DNA of 63,828 nucleotides, filler included, from Thraustochytrium aureum (taxonomy: Eukaryota): the NCBI GenBank assembly GCA_012862495.1. It is 8 parts of 6 records of this genome, joined end to end, with 100 filler letters (N's around TTAATTAATTAA, not from the genome) between each part and the next. Parts side by side here need not be neighbours in the genome. Positions count along the whole stretch, not along the records: positions 1 to 20,810 come from BLSG01000422.1; 7 more parts are not named here. The stretch is one strand, 5' to 3'. Below, one piece after another: positions 1-11,091 of this stretch; the stretch's first letter is position 1, and the number at the start of each line of letters is the position of its first letter. A program made the translations under genes and the position numbers. The notes below the pieces were generated by a model that worked only from the letters and a program-made list of their open reading frames with translations, was not told the origin of the DNA and searched no databases.

Positions 1-87
1 CCTCACGGATGAATCAATAGCAGTGCATTCTTATCTCCACTACAAGCTCGCGGCGTCCGCACGGTCCCGCCGCTGGCGCCTCGAGCC

Positions 88-419
88 CTACTTTTTCGTC
101 TCCTGGTTGGACCGCGGTTCTCGCGTCGAAAAGCCCTGCTCGAGACTCAACAGCTCAAAGAGCTCGACAGGCGGCCGTGGCGTTACCGGAATCTCCTCCA
201 GCAAATCAGCCTCCTCTTGCCCGTCCTGGCGCGCGCCATAATACAGCTCTGGGCTCGCGAGCCCAGCGGTCTCGTACGCGGTCTCCTCGGCCCCCTTTTG
301 CTCCGCTGCACGTCCCTCTCAACCCGTTCATCTTGGGACTCGAGCAGGACCTGCGCCTTCTGCACTTTGGCCAGCAGCTTTCGCAGCCTCGCCTCGGCCT
401 GCTGCGCCGCGTTTTCCAT
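88..419 (-). CDS. Small hypothetical coiled-coil/acidic protein with one apparent frameshift near 300
   Basis: MENAAQQAEARLRKLLAKVQKAQVLLESQDERVERDVQR continues in another frame as QKGAEETAYETAGLASPELYYGARQDGQEEADLLEEIPV...ETKK-stop. Composition looks coding, but no family was recognised. Confidence 0.35.
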
Positions 420-674
420 CCCTCCAAAGGCCTCCAAAGGCTCGAAGCGAGCCAGGCGAATACGCTATGCTCGACTAGCTCTGCACGCGACGCTAACGAC
501 AGCAGCGCGTCTGCGCGCTCGCGGCTGCCCGCCGTCGCCCGCCGGTGTGGCATGGGTCGACGTTCACGTAACGGTCAGCGGGGGCCCCCTGGGATCCGCG
601 TTGCCCGTCCCGAGCCAAGGTGACGTCAAAAACCCTCGCGCCGAACTGTGCGCGAGATGCTCGTCTCGTCATCA

Positions 675-1550
675 TCAGTGGACCGCGCCCGCGGAGGCCT
701 TGACGGACCAACCGCCGTGCTCCGGAGCAGCAAGGCAGGCGTGCAGAGCTGCGCACGAATCGCGCAGCGACTCGGAGAGCCCGCAAGGCGCATTGCGAAT
801 GAAAACCCCGGAGCCATACATCCCCGAGGTGGATCCGATGCGCTGGATCGTGTCGAACGTGACGTTCACCCACGGCAGGCCAGCTTTGTCGCAGTCCGCT
901 GTCAGCTCCTCCACCATGTGACTCGAGCGGGACTGGGACACCAGCCGTGGGTACCAGGCGAACAGCGTCGCAGGCGTTGGCAGCGCTCGCGCCATCGCCG
1001 GCACGCGCGCATAGTCGTCACGAATCTCGTAGGGCGGGTCTGTGACAACGAGCGCGAGGGGGTCGCCGGACCAGGTTTCCGCGACAGCAAACCCATCCGC
1101 TTTCACCGCTCGCACGTCGGCTAGCTTGCGGACATTGCGCCGCAGAAGCGCAAAGTCGGTCGTGTGGAGCTCAACCGCGATCACCTCGGCTGGAACGCCG
1201 AGCGCCTCGAGCGCCTGCACGCAGATGATGGGCGACCCCGGGTACCACTCGACCTTGCCGTCAAACCTCGCGTGCTGCGCCTGGACGATCCGCACGAGCG
1301 AGGCCACATCCTCCGGCGCGGCGGGCCTGGCTGCCAGCAGCGCGCGCACCCCGCTGTCCGCTTCGCCCAGCTTGACGGCCTTCGGGTCGTGCGCCACGTT
1401 GTACCTGGCCGCGCCCGCGTGCGTGTCGAGCACGAGCTGCTTGCGCCGCGCGCCGCCGCAGCGGAGCCGGAGCGTCGCGAGGAGGCTCGCGTGCTTGAAC
1501 ACGTCCGCCGCGCCGCCCGCGTGGAAGGCGTGCCTGTACGAGAGCACCAT
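675..1550 (-). CDS. rlmJ: RlmJ-family (23S rRNA m6A2030-type) adenine-N6 methyltransferase
   Basis: MVLSYRHAFHAGGAADVFKH matches the RlmJ N-terminus (SYRHxFHAG..ADVxKH). Also DTHAGAARY (SAM motif I), YPGSP, ELH, DGF, catalytic DPPYE, WYP and GMYGSGVFIRNAP. The ORF-track extension to 2144 is treated as spurious. Confidence 0.9.
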   Translation of the reverse strand: MVLSYRHAFHAGGAADVFKHASLLATLRLRCGGARRKQLVLDTHAGAARYNVAHDPKAVKLGEADSGVRALLAARPAAPEDVASLVRIVQAQHARFDGKVEWYPGSPIICVQALEALGVPAEVIAVELHTTDFALLRRNVRKLADVRAVKADGFAVAETWSGDPLALVVTDPPYEIRDDYARVPAMARALPTPATLFAWYPRLVSQSRSSHMVEELTADCDKAGLPWVNVTFDTIQRIGSTSGMYGSGVFIRNAPCGLSESLRDSCAALHACLAAPEHGGWSVKASAGAVH

Positions 1551-1841
1551 CGCGGGCGAGAGCTTTTGCCACAATGCGCGGCCCAATGTCGTCGCGAGAG
1601 CGCCTCGCCAGAGCCGATCTGACCTGATCTGATCCGCGCCGCGCGCTGGGGCGGGCCGCGACCGGGCCTCGCGCGAGCAGTGCGTGCAGCACAGGCTGCT
1701 GCGCGGCACGGGAGGGTGGAGGCGCCTCGGGGGGATTGAGCGGACCCGCAGGCAGGGCTCTTCTGCCTGGGTGGACGCGGGACGCGGCTGGGCTCCACGG
1801 CGGCGGCGACGGCGGCGGCGGCGGCGGTGGGGCCGTGAAGA

Positions 1842-4354
1842 ATGCCTTTGCAGGGCGTCCTGGAGGTCGGCGTGGCGCTGACGAGGTTCAAAAACATCGA
1901 CCTGCACAACCAAGGGTGAGTGCGAGGTGGCGGCGGCGGCGGCGGCGGCGGTCACTTGGTGCGTGGTGGCGCGCTCGCTCCGGCAGCTGACGCGGCGCTC
2001 CATGACGCAGGATTTACCGGGTTTCGGTGTCGATTTGCAAAGCGCGAGACGGGGACAGCGCCGCGGCTCGCAAGGGGAAGAGCGCGCCTCGGCCTCGACT
2101 CCACGAGGTGGAGGACGACAGGGCGCGCGCGACACCGTACGCATGCTTTGAAGGGGCGCCGGATGCTGCAGTCGTTGGAGGGCACATTGTGCCAGACAGC
2201 CTTGATTTCTTCGTCCATGCTAAAATAGACGATGCCAACGCTGTTTTCTACAGCAAGACCTTCCGCGTTCGCTACGTTGACGAAGAGCGCGGCTTAAACG
2301 ACTGCGTGCAGTTCCGTCTCGAGCTCGATGTATTCCGCGAGCGGGCGACGCCCCTCCGACTCTGCATCTGCCTCGAGCGCGCCGAGGCCGACGCGGGCGT
2401 GAAAAGCGAGAGCGAGCTCGGCGCATTCGAGGTTCTTTCGGCGCGCTCAATCCACCTCAACAACGTCATGGAAGGCGTGCACGAGTACCTCCCTGTGTTT
2501 TTCGACGACAGCATGTCGCTCGGATTCGCTCTCCTGGAGGCGAGCGTCCATGCAGGCTTGACCAACGTGCGTTTTGAGCAAGTTCCATTCGGCGCGAGTC
2601 CCGAGGCGTGGGTTCAAGGCCCCACCACACTAGAGCGGTTCCTTGTCCAGGGCTTTTCAGGCGGGGCGGCGGCGCTGTTCGGGGGTTTTGCGCAGCACGA
2701 GGTGTCGGCACCGTTGGGGTCTGCTCTGCTCCAGCATCTAGAAGACTCGCGAGGCGTGGCGCTATTCCTGCTCAAGAGCTCGTACGTGGCGCTCGCAAAG
2801 TGCATCGATCGGACGCTCGCGGGGTCCGAGGGCGAATCGGGGGCTGTCATCAGCGGTATCATGCTGGGGGCCCCGCCTCGGGCCAGCCCTGGCGCGCCGA
2901 CGTTCGTCGAGGGCCTCGCACCGCTCCCGCCGCTCGAACTTCGCAGCCGGCTCGGTGCCGACTTGGGCAATGCGGCAGCGTTCGCCTCCGAGTTCTCCAA
3001 CGAGATGGACGAGATCTCCTCCAGCCTTCTCTTGGCCTGGCACGCGTTCTTGCGGGCGCTGCAACGGGCAGCGCCACGTTTGCTCAGCAATCTCAAGGGC
3101 GAATGGGTGTCCCGGGCGACAGAGCGCGTCGGGGAGAGCATCATACGCGAGCGAAATCCAGCCTCTAGCTTGCTGCAGACCACGACCAGCGCCAAGCGGA
3201 AGGAGCGCGAGCTTGTGGCCGCCAAGATCCGGAGCTCCACGGAGCAGATTCGGCAGTTTCAACGCGAGCGCGTCGAGGACTTTGAAATGTTTGAAGACTC
3301 CTCGTCCTTCCCGGTCATGTTTGATCAGCGCTACGGGGACGTGGACGGCGCCGGGGCGCTTGGGCGGGCGCCGGCCGCCGCGTCTGGTGGCGCGACGAGT
3401 TTCGGGCTTGACCAGGCGGGCCTCTCTGCCCTTACTTCTGTGCTGGCGCCCGTTGGTGAGGGCCAAGCTGAACCTGGCGTCCCCAAGTTGTCCCGGGCCA
3501 GGGGCCAACGCGTGCCTGCTCGCCCGAAACTCCACATTGTCGTACTGGTTCACGGGTTTTTGGGCTCGAGCTGGGATTTGCGTGCCTTTCGCAATTACCT
3601 TTCCATCGTGGAGCCGAGCGTGGTCACTCTGCTGAGCGCTGCGAACGAAAACGACACAGACTCTGACATTGCCGTCCTCGGATTTCGGCTCGCGCAAGAA
3701 GTGAAGGGTTTCGTGAAGGAGACGGAGTCGAACAGCTCGGTAGAGCTCGGCAAGCTCTCCTTTGTTTGCCATTCCATCGGTTCTGTCATCCTGCGCGCGG
3801 CACTTACCAAGCGGGCTCTCGAGCCGTACTTGGGCAAGCTGCACGCTCTCGTGTCTCTCTCCTCGCCCCACCTCGGCACTCGCGGGATGAGCTCAACGCT
3901 TGTTCGATACGGGTTTTGGGCCATGAAGCACTGGCGCAAGGCCACTGCGCTCGGCCAACTTGCACTCTCCGATGCGGCCGATGCGAGGGAATCTTTCTTG
4001 TACAAGCTTAGCCAGGCCGAGCCTGGTCTTCGGGGCTTCCAGCGCGTCGTTCTGATCTGTTCATCGCAGGACCAGTACGTGCCATACCATAGCGCCCGTA
4101 TCGAGCCGGTCCTGGTTCAAGAAGGTGTGACCCGAACCGAGGCGGACCTCGCAAAGGAGATGTGCGAAAACTTGATTGGTGGCGTTGATCCTGCGCGGAT
4201 TATCCGTTTGGACTTGTGCTTTGAGTTTGATAGCGTCCGCACTCGACGAGTTGATCGCATGATCGGTCGCGCTGCGCATATCAAGATCCTGGACTCGCCG
4301 GCTTTGGCGCTCATGCTGCTTTTGCAGTTTCGCGCAGAGCTCTTTACGCCCTGA
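1842..4354 (+). CDS. FAM135: FAM135-like protein (DUF3657 + C-terminal DUF676 alpha/beta-hydrolase); exons 1842-1915 and 2011-4354
   Basis: Splicing a 95-nt intron (1916 GTGAGT...GCTGAC...CAG 2010) restores MPLQGVLEVGVALTRFKNIDLHNQGIYRV, the FAM135-type N-terminus. The C-terminus has LVHGFLGSSWDLR, CHSIG, SPHLG, QDQYVPYHSARI and IGRAAHI. Confidence 0.9.
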
Positions 4355-4904
4355 CGTGCGGCTTGATTTTTGAGGGCTCGACGAGATGCAAATGCCCATC
4401 ACGTTTGCTCTTTTCCTTGATGATCCATGGTTACTCTAGAGGTTGACTGCGGAGATGACGCCAAGTACTAGCTAGAGGCTACCTCCTTCTAAATGCAGCC
4501 TGTGACGGGACATCTCTGCGCGCCACGGAGGCCGCGTGTTGAAGAGCCCCCATGACAGTCCCGTAGGAACCGGACTGAGAGCCAACTGTCTGAAAGTGTC
4601 GATGAGGCTGGCGAGTGATGGCCGATGTTGCTCCACGGTGTTATTCGGTAGGCTACGGAGAAGACGCTTTTTTTTAAATAGTCGGAGAGAGCCAGACGAA
4701 GCCCCTACTGGCAGCCACCAGTGGCCTCGATCACGACGAGCAAGAAGGTCTTGCCGGAGAGCGAGACGTTAGTGTACTACGTGCATGGTTCCTGATCTTT
4801 CAATTGAAATCGATAAATTGATTTTGGAGAATCAGAGCTGGAAGGGAGATAACACTTCAGCGCTGAAATTGCTCGCAGCTCGAGTCTTGCTCTGCAACGC
4901 TATA

Positions 4905-5629
4905 CTACTTCTTCCGCTCGTCTGACGGGTCGATCGTGTCGGAGAGCCAGTCAAAGGCCTCGTTCAGGCCCTCGCCTGTCTTTGCGCTCGTGGCCACGAT
5001 GAACCAGGGGCGCTCGCGGATACCCTCAAGCCCCAGCGACGAAATACACTCTGCCGGACTGACGTGGTCCGGATGGTCCATCTTATTCGCCAAGGAAAAN
5101 NNNNNNNNNNNNNNNNNNNNNNNNNNNNNNNNNNNNNNNNNNNNNNNNNNNNNNNNNNNNNNNNNNNNNNNNNNNNNNNNNNNNNNNNNNNNNNNNNNNN
5201 NNNNNNNNNNNNNNNNNNNTTATTCGCCAAGAAAAGTACTGGGGTGTCGTCCGACTTGATCGCTTGATGCTCTAGGAGGAGCTCAAGCTCGTCCCTGGCA
5301 ACGCACATGCGCATCTTGTCTGTCGAGTCAATCACAAAGATGATGGCGTGGACTTGGCTGTACTGCTTTTCCCATAGGTTGCGGTACTTGCCTTGGCCGC
5401 TCATGTCGTAAGCCGTGAACGACAGATTTTTCCTCCGAAAGGTCTCGACGCGGTATCCGATCGTGGGCGCGGTCTCCTCGCTCTCCCCCTCGGCGCTGTT
5501 GTTTCGCAAGTAGTTTATCACGGTCGACTTGCCGCTGTTGTCGAGGCCGACGATTATCACGTTGCACTCTTGGCCGCGCCGGAGCTTGCGGAGCGACGAT
5601 GAGAGCCTTCGCAGCAGTTTACTTGCCAT
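4905..5629 (-). CDS. ARL6: ARF-like small GTPase ARL6/BBS3, interrupted by an N-gap at 5100-5219
   Basis: GLDNSGKST, PTIG, YDMSGQGKYRNLWE, FVIDSTDKMR, FLANKMD and ATSAKTGEGL. The DMSGQG and LDNSGK motifs are typical of ARL6. Confidence 0.9.
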
Positions 5630-6303
5630 CGCGCCAGCCCGCTCCTCCGCTCCTCCCCCAGAGGTCTTGCTCGCTCCACGACCTCTAGCTCCTGGGAAGT
5701 TGGCTTGCGCCGCGGACGCGCGCGTGGCGCGCTCGCCGGGCGGCAGAGCGACAACGGGGCAGGCCGCTCGTGACAAAATAGCGCGGTCGCTCGGCTAGAC
5801 GGGTGCTGCGATGGCCTCGCGCGGGCGTGGGCAGCTGAGCTGCGTAGGTGATTGATTGATTGTCCAGCGGCCAGAAGGCACGTTCGAAGCGGCGCAAGGT
5901 AGATACTTGGCCGTTGGATCCGTTGAGCTCGTTGTTCACAAAACCGCTGTCGTGTACGCCTAGCTGGATAGACTATCGGGGGATCTCAGAGGACACAACA
6001 CAGGGCAGACAGTAGCTGGGCCGACTGAGCGCGCCGCGCTCAACGTTTTGGCTAGTCAAAAGGTTACGCGGCTGTCGTTGATGAAGACCGCACTTCGCCC
6101 GTCCAGGAGCCTGCCCGCTGTTTCTGTTATTCATGGAGCCTGCAAAGTTGTACGAACGCTGCGCCGCGCGCAGTGCGAGAGCCAAAAGCGGTCCGCAGCA
6201 AGTGAACAACGGATACTTGTTATCTTCCTTTCGCCCATGGACTGCTTGTCATTCGGCCAGAGCTGCTTCGGCTCGCGCAGGGCGACCGCGGGTGCCGGGT
6301 CAG

Positions 6304-7428
6304 ATGGCGGGCAGCGGGAATGCGTCAGCGGCCTTCATGGCAGGCGTCGAGATGCCTTTGAGCTTCTCCCGGAGCATGAAGGCGACCCTGGCCTTGTCCA
6401 TAACGTCGCTCGTCTTCTTCCTTTTCGTGGGCACGTTGCTGGTCGTTCGGCTGCGCGAAATAAGCGCGGCCAAGACGCGCAGCGGCTACAGCAAACTGAG
6501 AATGGAGCGACAGAATGCTGCAGTACGCTGGATCTTCGCAAACGTTGTATTCGCGGCAATGACGCAAGTGGCGAATATCGTGTCGATTTCAACACCCGCG
6601 CGAGCCGACGGTGGCTTTTCGCTGGGCGTATGCAGTGGCGGGATGAGAGCTGCCGCCGCATTGTATACCTTTGCAGCATGGACGAATTATATGGTCCTTG
6701 CACTTCGTGCCAAGATCGCTTGCCGCGACACGTCGCGCAGCCTTCGGTTGCTTTTCCAGGCTGTTGATGCAACGAGCAAATACGTGGTACCTGCCGTTGC
6801 TCTGTACGCACTCGTCGTGTTTGATGGCGTTTCTTACTTTGACTCGGCCTGTGTGCAGTCGCTTCCAGTCGGCCTGGCGCTTGCCTTTCTGCTCGCCGAC
6901 ACGTCTCTTAGCGTGGGGTTCTTGGTGCTTTTCCTTGTTCCCGTGATGCGCTATGTCGCCTCTTCGATGTCCGCGATACGGACGGAAAAGATGCAGCGTG
7001 AGATCAATGAGATGCGGCGCGTGGCGTACCTGAACTTTAGGGTTTCGGCGGTGCAGATTGTGTCCACGTTCTTTGCCCAGCTGTTTGGCACGATTATATC
7101 TCTGGTGTTGCAAGACTCGACCGATCCCGATCGAGAGTACTTGCGCTGGGTTGCGTATTGCTTTTATGTTCTTGACATGGACATCAACTTGCTCGGGCTC
7201 TTGTTCTTAACGTCGTCGTGGATGCCGAAGCGGCTTCTGAATTGGGCGAACAACACCAGGCACGGGATGCTCGGCAGGGAGTCAACGATGGCTTCATTGC
7301 AGGTGCGCCATGGCGCTCGAATTGCCCCAGCGATGGGGGGTTCTAATACGGTTGACTTGTCTGAAACTGCGGTGGGGACCTCCATGGGCGCCGTGTCGCC
7401 CGTCAAAAGCTCGCAAGGTGGTGCGTGA
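6304..7428 (+). CDS. Orphan multi-pass (about 7 TM) GPCR-like membrane protein; start uncertain (6133 or 6304)
   Basis: About seven hydrophobic segments, a Cys at the start of TM3 (GVCSG) and another in the next extracellular loop (SACVQ), a long basic loop between TM5 and TM6, and a low-complexity tail. Confidence 0.7.
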   Translation: MAGSGNASAAFMAGVEMPLSFSRSMKATLALSITSLVFFLFVGTLLVVRLREISAAKTRSGYSKLRMERQNAAVRWIFANVVFAAMTQVANIVSISTPARADGGFSLGVCSGGMRAAAALYTFAAWTNYMVLALRAKIACRDTSRSLRLLFQAVDATSKYVVPAVALYALVVFDGVSYFDSACVQSLPVGLALAFLLADTSLSVGFLVLFLVPVMRYVASSMSAIRTEKMQREINEMRRVAYLNFRVSAVQIVSTFFAQLFGTIISLVLQDSTDPDREYLRWVAYCFYVLDMDINLLGLLFLTSSWMPKRLLNWANNTRHGMLGRESTMASLQVRHGARIAPAMGGSNTVDLSETAVGTSMGAVSPVKSSQGGA

Positions 7429-7804
7429 AAGAGGAGGGTTCCAAATCGACTCCGGAGAGCGTTGACAGTGAGTACCGGTACGTACTAGTAGAGTACCCAC
7501 CTGAGTGTCATGTTTATTTTTATAAAGCTGGTCCTAGCGGAGCGCTCGTGCGGCTCGAGTGATTCGCTCTCGCATGCCGTAGGCCAGCGCGAGTGTTGCT
7601 CGCTCTAGGGNNNNNNNNNNNNNNNNNNNNNNNNNNNNNNNNNNNNNNNNNNNNNNNNNNNNNNNNNNNNNNNNNNNNNNNNNNNNNNNNNNNNNNNNNN
7701 NNNNNNNNNNNNNNNNNNNNNNNNNNNNNNNNNNNNNNNNNNNNNNNNNNNNNNNNNNNNNNNNNNNNNNNNNNNNNNNNNNNNNNNNNNNNNNNNNNNN
7801 NNNN

Positions 7805-9528
7805 TACTCGCTCGCTGCGTTCAGCATGGCGCCCCCCGCCTCATCTGCGTTCGCGAGAACGGGCCCGTGAGTCGAAGTCGTGGAGCTTGAGGGACTCACT
7901 CGGCCCATGCAGCCGAACTTGGACTGCTGGTGCTTTCGGAGGTGTGCGCGCTGGCCGAATGACGCGCTGCACTTTTGGCACGCAAATGGGCGGAGCTTGT
8001 GATGCACGGTTCGCTTGTGCTTGGTGAGGGCGCTCTTCTCGCCGAAAGTCTTTGAGCAAAGGTTGCAGCTGTGCGACTTGATCTTGAGGTGCACCGTCTT
8101 GACGTGCGTTTGCAAGTGCTGCTTGTAGTGGAAACCTTTGCTGCAAAGGATGCAGTCGTAGCCGCCGTCTCGCTTCGCGGTTCCCGTGAGCCGGAGGATC
8201 TCGACCTGCGTGTGTTCGTCGATTGGCTGGAACACTTGGGTACTGCTTGGCTCTGCGCGAGCCCGCTTGAGATTTGCGCCGCTTTCACTGAGGTAAAAAG
8301 CGCTAGCATTCCGATGGCCGGGCGGGGGAGTCGTTTGGCTGTCCAGAATGGTCTCGGAAATGGCCGCTCTCGGGCTTTGGCCCTGGCCCACGGGAAGATC
8401 GGCGCGAGGCGTGCTCGGAGGTGGTATTTGTTGGCTGCCGTCTGCAGTGTGCGCAGCTGGGCGCCCGCCCTCGACCGCAGGCTTGGTGAGTTGGTGGAGC
8501 AACTCGTTGTGCTCGGTTGGCCTTTTTGGCGCTCGCCGCACAGGGAGTGGCGAAGTGTACCAAGCAGTTGTCGAGCTCTTGGCGCGCTCAACTCGGGTAG
8601 GCATCGGAGATTCGCCAGTCTGCCGCAGTGGCCCTTGCGACGTGCAGGACGCTGGCAGGTGTGGCTGGAAATGGACGCCGCTGGAAGAGTGGCTGGGGCT
8701 GCTGAGGTCGAGACTATTGGGTTCAGCTTGGCCGCCCTCCACGCTCAGATGAGGTCCATCATGCAAGCCATACGCGTTTACGAGCGCTCGCTGTTGCAAG
8801 CGACCAGGAATCGGGATCCGATCACGAGGTGGAATCGAGTCGGCAGCTGTGTGATGCTTGAACGCCTCGGGTTTTGCTGTGGCGCTCGTTGCACGGTGCT
8901 GCCCAGGTTGGGCAACATGTGCGGCAACGAGGTGCTGTTGCAGGTGCCCTTGCACGGACGGGTCGGAATCCTTCGGGGCAAATTGGCTGTTGCTCCCACC
9001 CGAAGCCGAGGCGAATCGCGCGCTCGTCACTTGACGAACCGACTCCACCACTGAGCGGTGGCAGCCTTTTCCTCCAAGGAGCCCATCTGGCTGGGGCGGG
9101 AGCTGGCGCATCGCCATGTTTCCGCCATGCTCGACGAGCAGTTGACTCGACCGCGCGGCCTGACCCACAAGCTGAAGGTTCGCTCGAAGCAGGTCCGCTT
9201 CGAGGTCCCGCTTTCGCTTTTGGCTGCGGTAGTGTTCGTCGGACTGGGTCTCGTCGACCTGGTCTGGGAGGCGCAGCACGACCTCTTCGTCTCGCCCGTT
9301 TAGCTTGTGCGCCACACGGTCCTCGTTTTCAGAATGGTCTTGCAGGCATTGGGGGGCCTTCGTGTGCTCGTCTTGACGCCGCTCAAGTTGTGGCTGCTGC
9401 CTTGGCCGGGAGCCCAAGTGTACCTCGAGCGATTCCCACTGCTGGTGTCGGCGCTGATACGACGGGATGCTGGGCCCAAGCTGCCGAGGGCCAGTGGGCG
9501 AGCAGCCAGCCTGCCACCGCAGCTGCAC
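7805..9528 (-). CDS. C2H2 zinc-finger transcription factor; start uncertain, C-terminus runs into a gap
   Basis: Three tandem fingers: CILCSKGFHYKQHLQTHVKTVH, CNLCSKTFGEKSALTKHKRTVH and CQKCSASFGQRAHLRKH. They follow a long disordered Q/P/S-rich region. Confidence 0.85.
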
Positions 9529-10976
9529 GTTGCTTGGCGCTGTTCGACAAAACGCAGAAGCGCCTGCCCCCTCCCCATTCTGCTCTGGCGGAGCAAACCT
9601 GCTGCCGCAGTGTTCCTGGCGCTCGCCGGTCCTCCCCTCTNNNNNNNNNNNNNNNNNNNNNNNNNNNNNNNNNNNNNNNNNNNNNNNNNNNNNNNNNNNN
9701 NNNNNNNNNNNNNNNNNNNNNNNNNNNNNNNNNNNNNNNNNNNNNNNNNNNNNNNNNNNNNNNNNNNNNNNNNNNNNNNNNNNNNNNNNNNNNNNNNNNN
9801 NNNNNNNNNNNNNNNNNNNNNNNNNNNNNNNNNNNNNNNNNNNNNNNNNNNNNNNNNNNNNNNNNNNNNNNNNNNNNNNNNNNNNNNNNNNNNNNNNNNN
9901 NNNNNNNNNNNNNNNNNNNNNNNNNNNNNNNNNNNNNNNNNNNNNNNNNNNNNNNNNNNNNNNNNNNNNNNNNNNNNNNNNNNNNNNNNNNNNNNNNNNN
10001 NNNNNNNNNNNNNNNNNNNNNNNNNNNNNNNNNNNNNNNNNNNNNNNNNNNNNNNNNNNNNNNNNNNNNNNNNNNNNNNNNNNNNNNNNNNNNNNNNNNN
10101 NNNNNNNNNNNNNNNNNNNNNNNNNNNNNNNNNNNNNNNNNNNNNNNNNNNNNNNNNNNNNNNNNNNNNNNNNNNNNNNNNNNNNNNNNNNNNNNNNNNN
10201 NNNNNNNNNNNNNNNNNNNNNNNNNNNNNNNNNNNNNNNNNNNNNNNNNNNNNNNNNNNNNNNNNNNNNNNNNNNNNNNNNNNNNNNNNNNNNNNNNNNN
10301 NNNNNNNNNNNNNNNNNNNNNNNNNNNNNNNNNNNNNNNNNNNNNNNNNNNNNNNNNNNNNNNNNNNNNNNNNNNNNNNNNNNNNNNNNNNNNNNNNNNN
10401 NNNNNNNNNNNNNNNNNNNNNNNNNNNNNNCTATGAACAGCCAGCGGGCGAGTCGCCCAGGCTTTGCCCGCGATAAAGCGGCGAACCTTGGAGCGAAGAG
10501 CGAAGGCAGCGTTTCTTCCAGCGAGCTGCAGGCAGAATTGCGCGCGGCGCGCCTGGCTTCGCGGTTCTCGAGCTCTTGAAGGCAGAGCCGGTCTCACTGC
10601 GGCATACTCAGGTCAGCAGAGTACAGCTCTGCCAACGTCAAGCTCGCCCGCGAAGGCAGCGTGGGCCGCGCAAATGCACCATCATGATGGACGGAGCCAT
10701 TCAACTGTTGTGCAAGGTGAAAAACCCCAACATTTGAATCCGCACCGTGCGCCGTGATCCAATTCATCCCACGTGACGCGCAATCTCGGTATTCTCCGAC
10801 CGAATCACGTCACTTGAACCCCCCTGTTAAGCGAGGGGTAAAATTCGCCGCCATGCGCGCTGTCCTTTAGCAGCATCGTATGCTCCACTAAAGAGCATGC
10901 AGTTATCGTACGCGGCGTTGCAGGCGGGCAGTTAGGTGCCGGCGCCGGCAGAGCCAAAAGAGGAGCAGGCGGCCGC

Positions 10977-10980
<4 letters not shown>

Positions 10981-11007
<27 letters not shown>

Positions 11008-11054
11008 CGGCAGCAGGAGCGGCAGGAGCAGCAGCAGCAGCAGCAGCAGGAGCG
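10981..11054 (+). repeat. (CAG)n microsatellite with GAG/CGG interruptions
   Basis: Directly visible, about 40 bp upstream of the ATG at 11092. Confidence 0.9.
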
Positions 11055-11091
11055 GTTAGCTATTGCTTGAGCTGGCGAGACGTAGAGCACC

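Noticed and set aside
1551..2144. N-terminal extension of RlmJ (489-aa ORF)
   Set aside because: Low-complexity Arg/Ala translation that overlaps FAM135 exon 1 and its intron. Homology begins at Met 1550.
8874..10597. Long ORFs spanning N-runs (also at 13730-15166, 16631-17988, 47385-49398 and 58459-59457)
   Set aside because: Their length is inflated by X codons.
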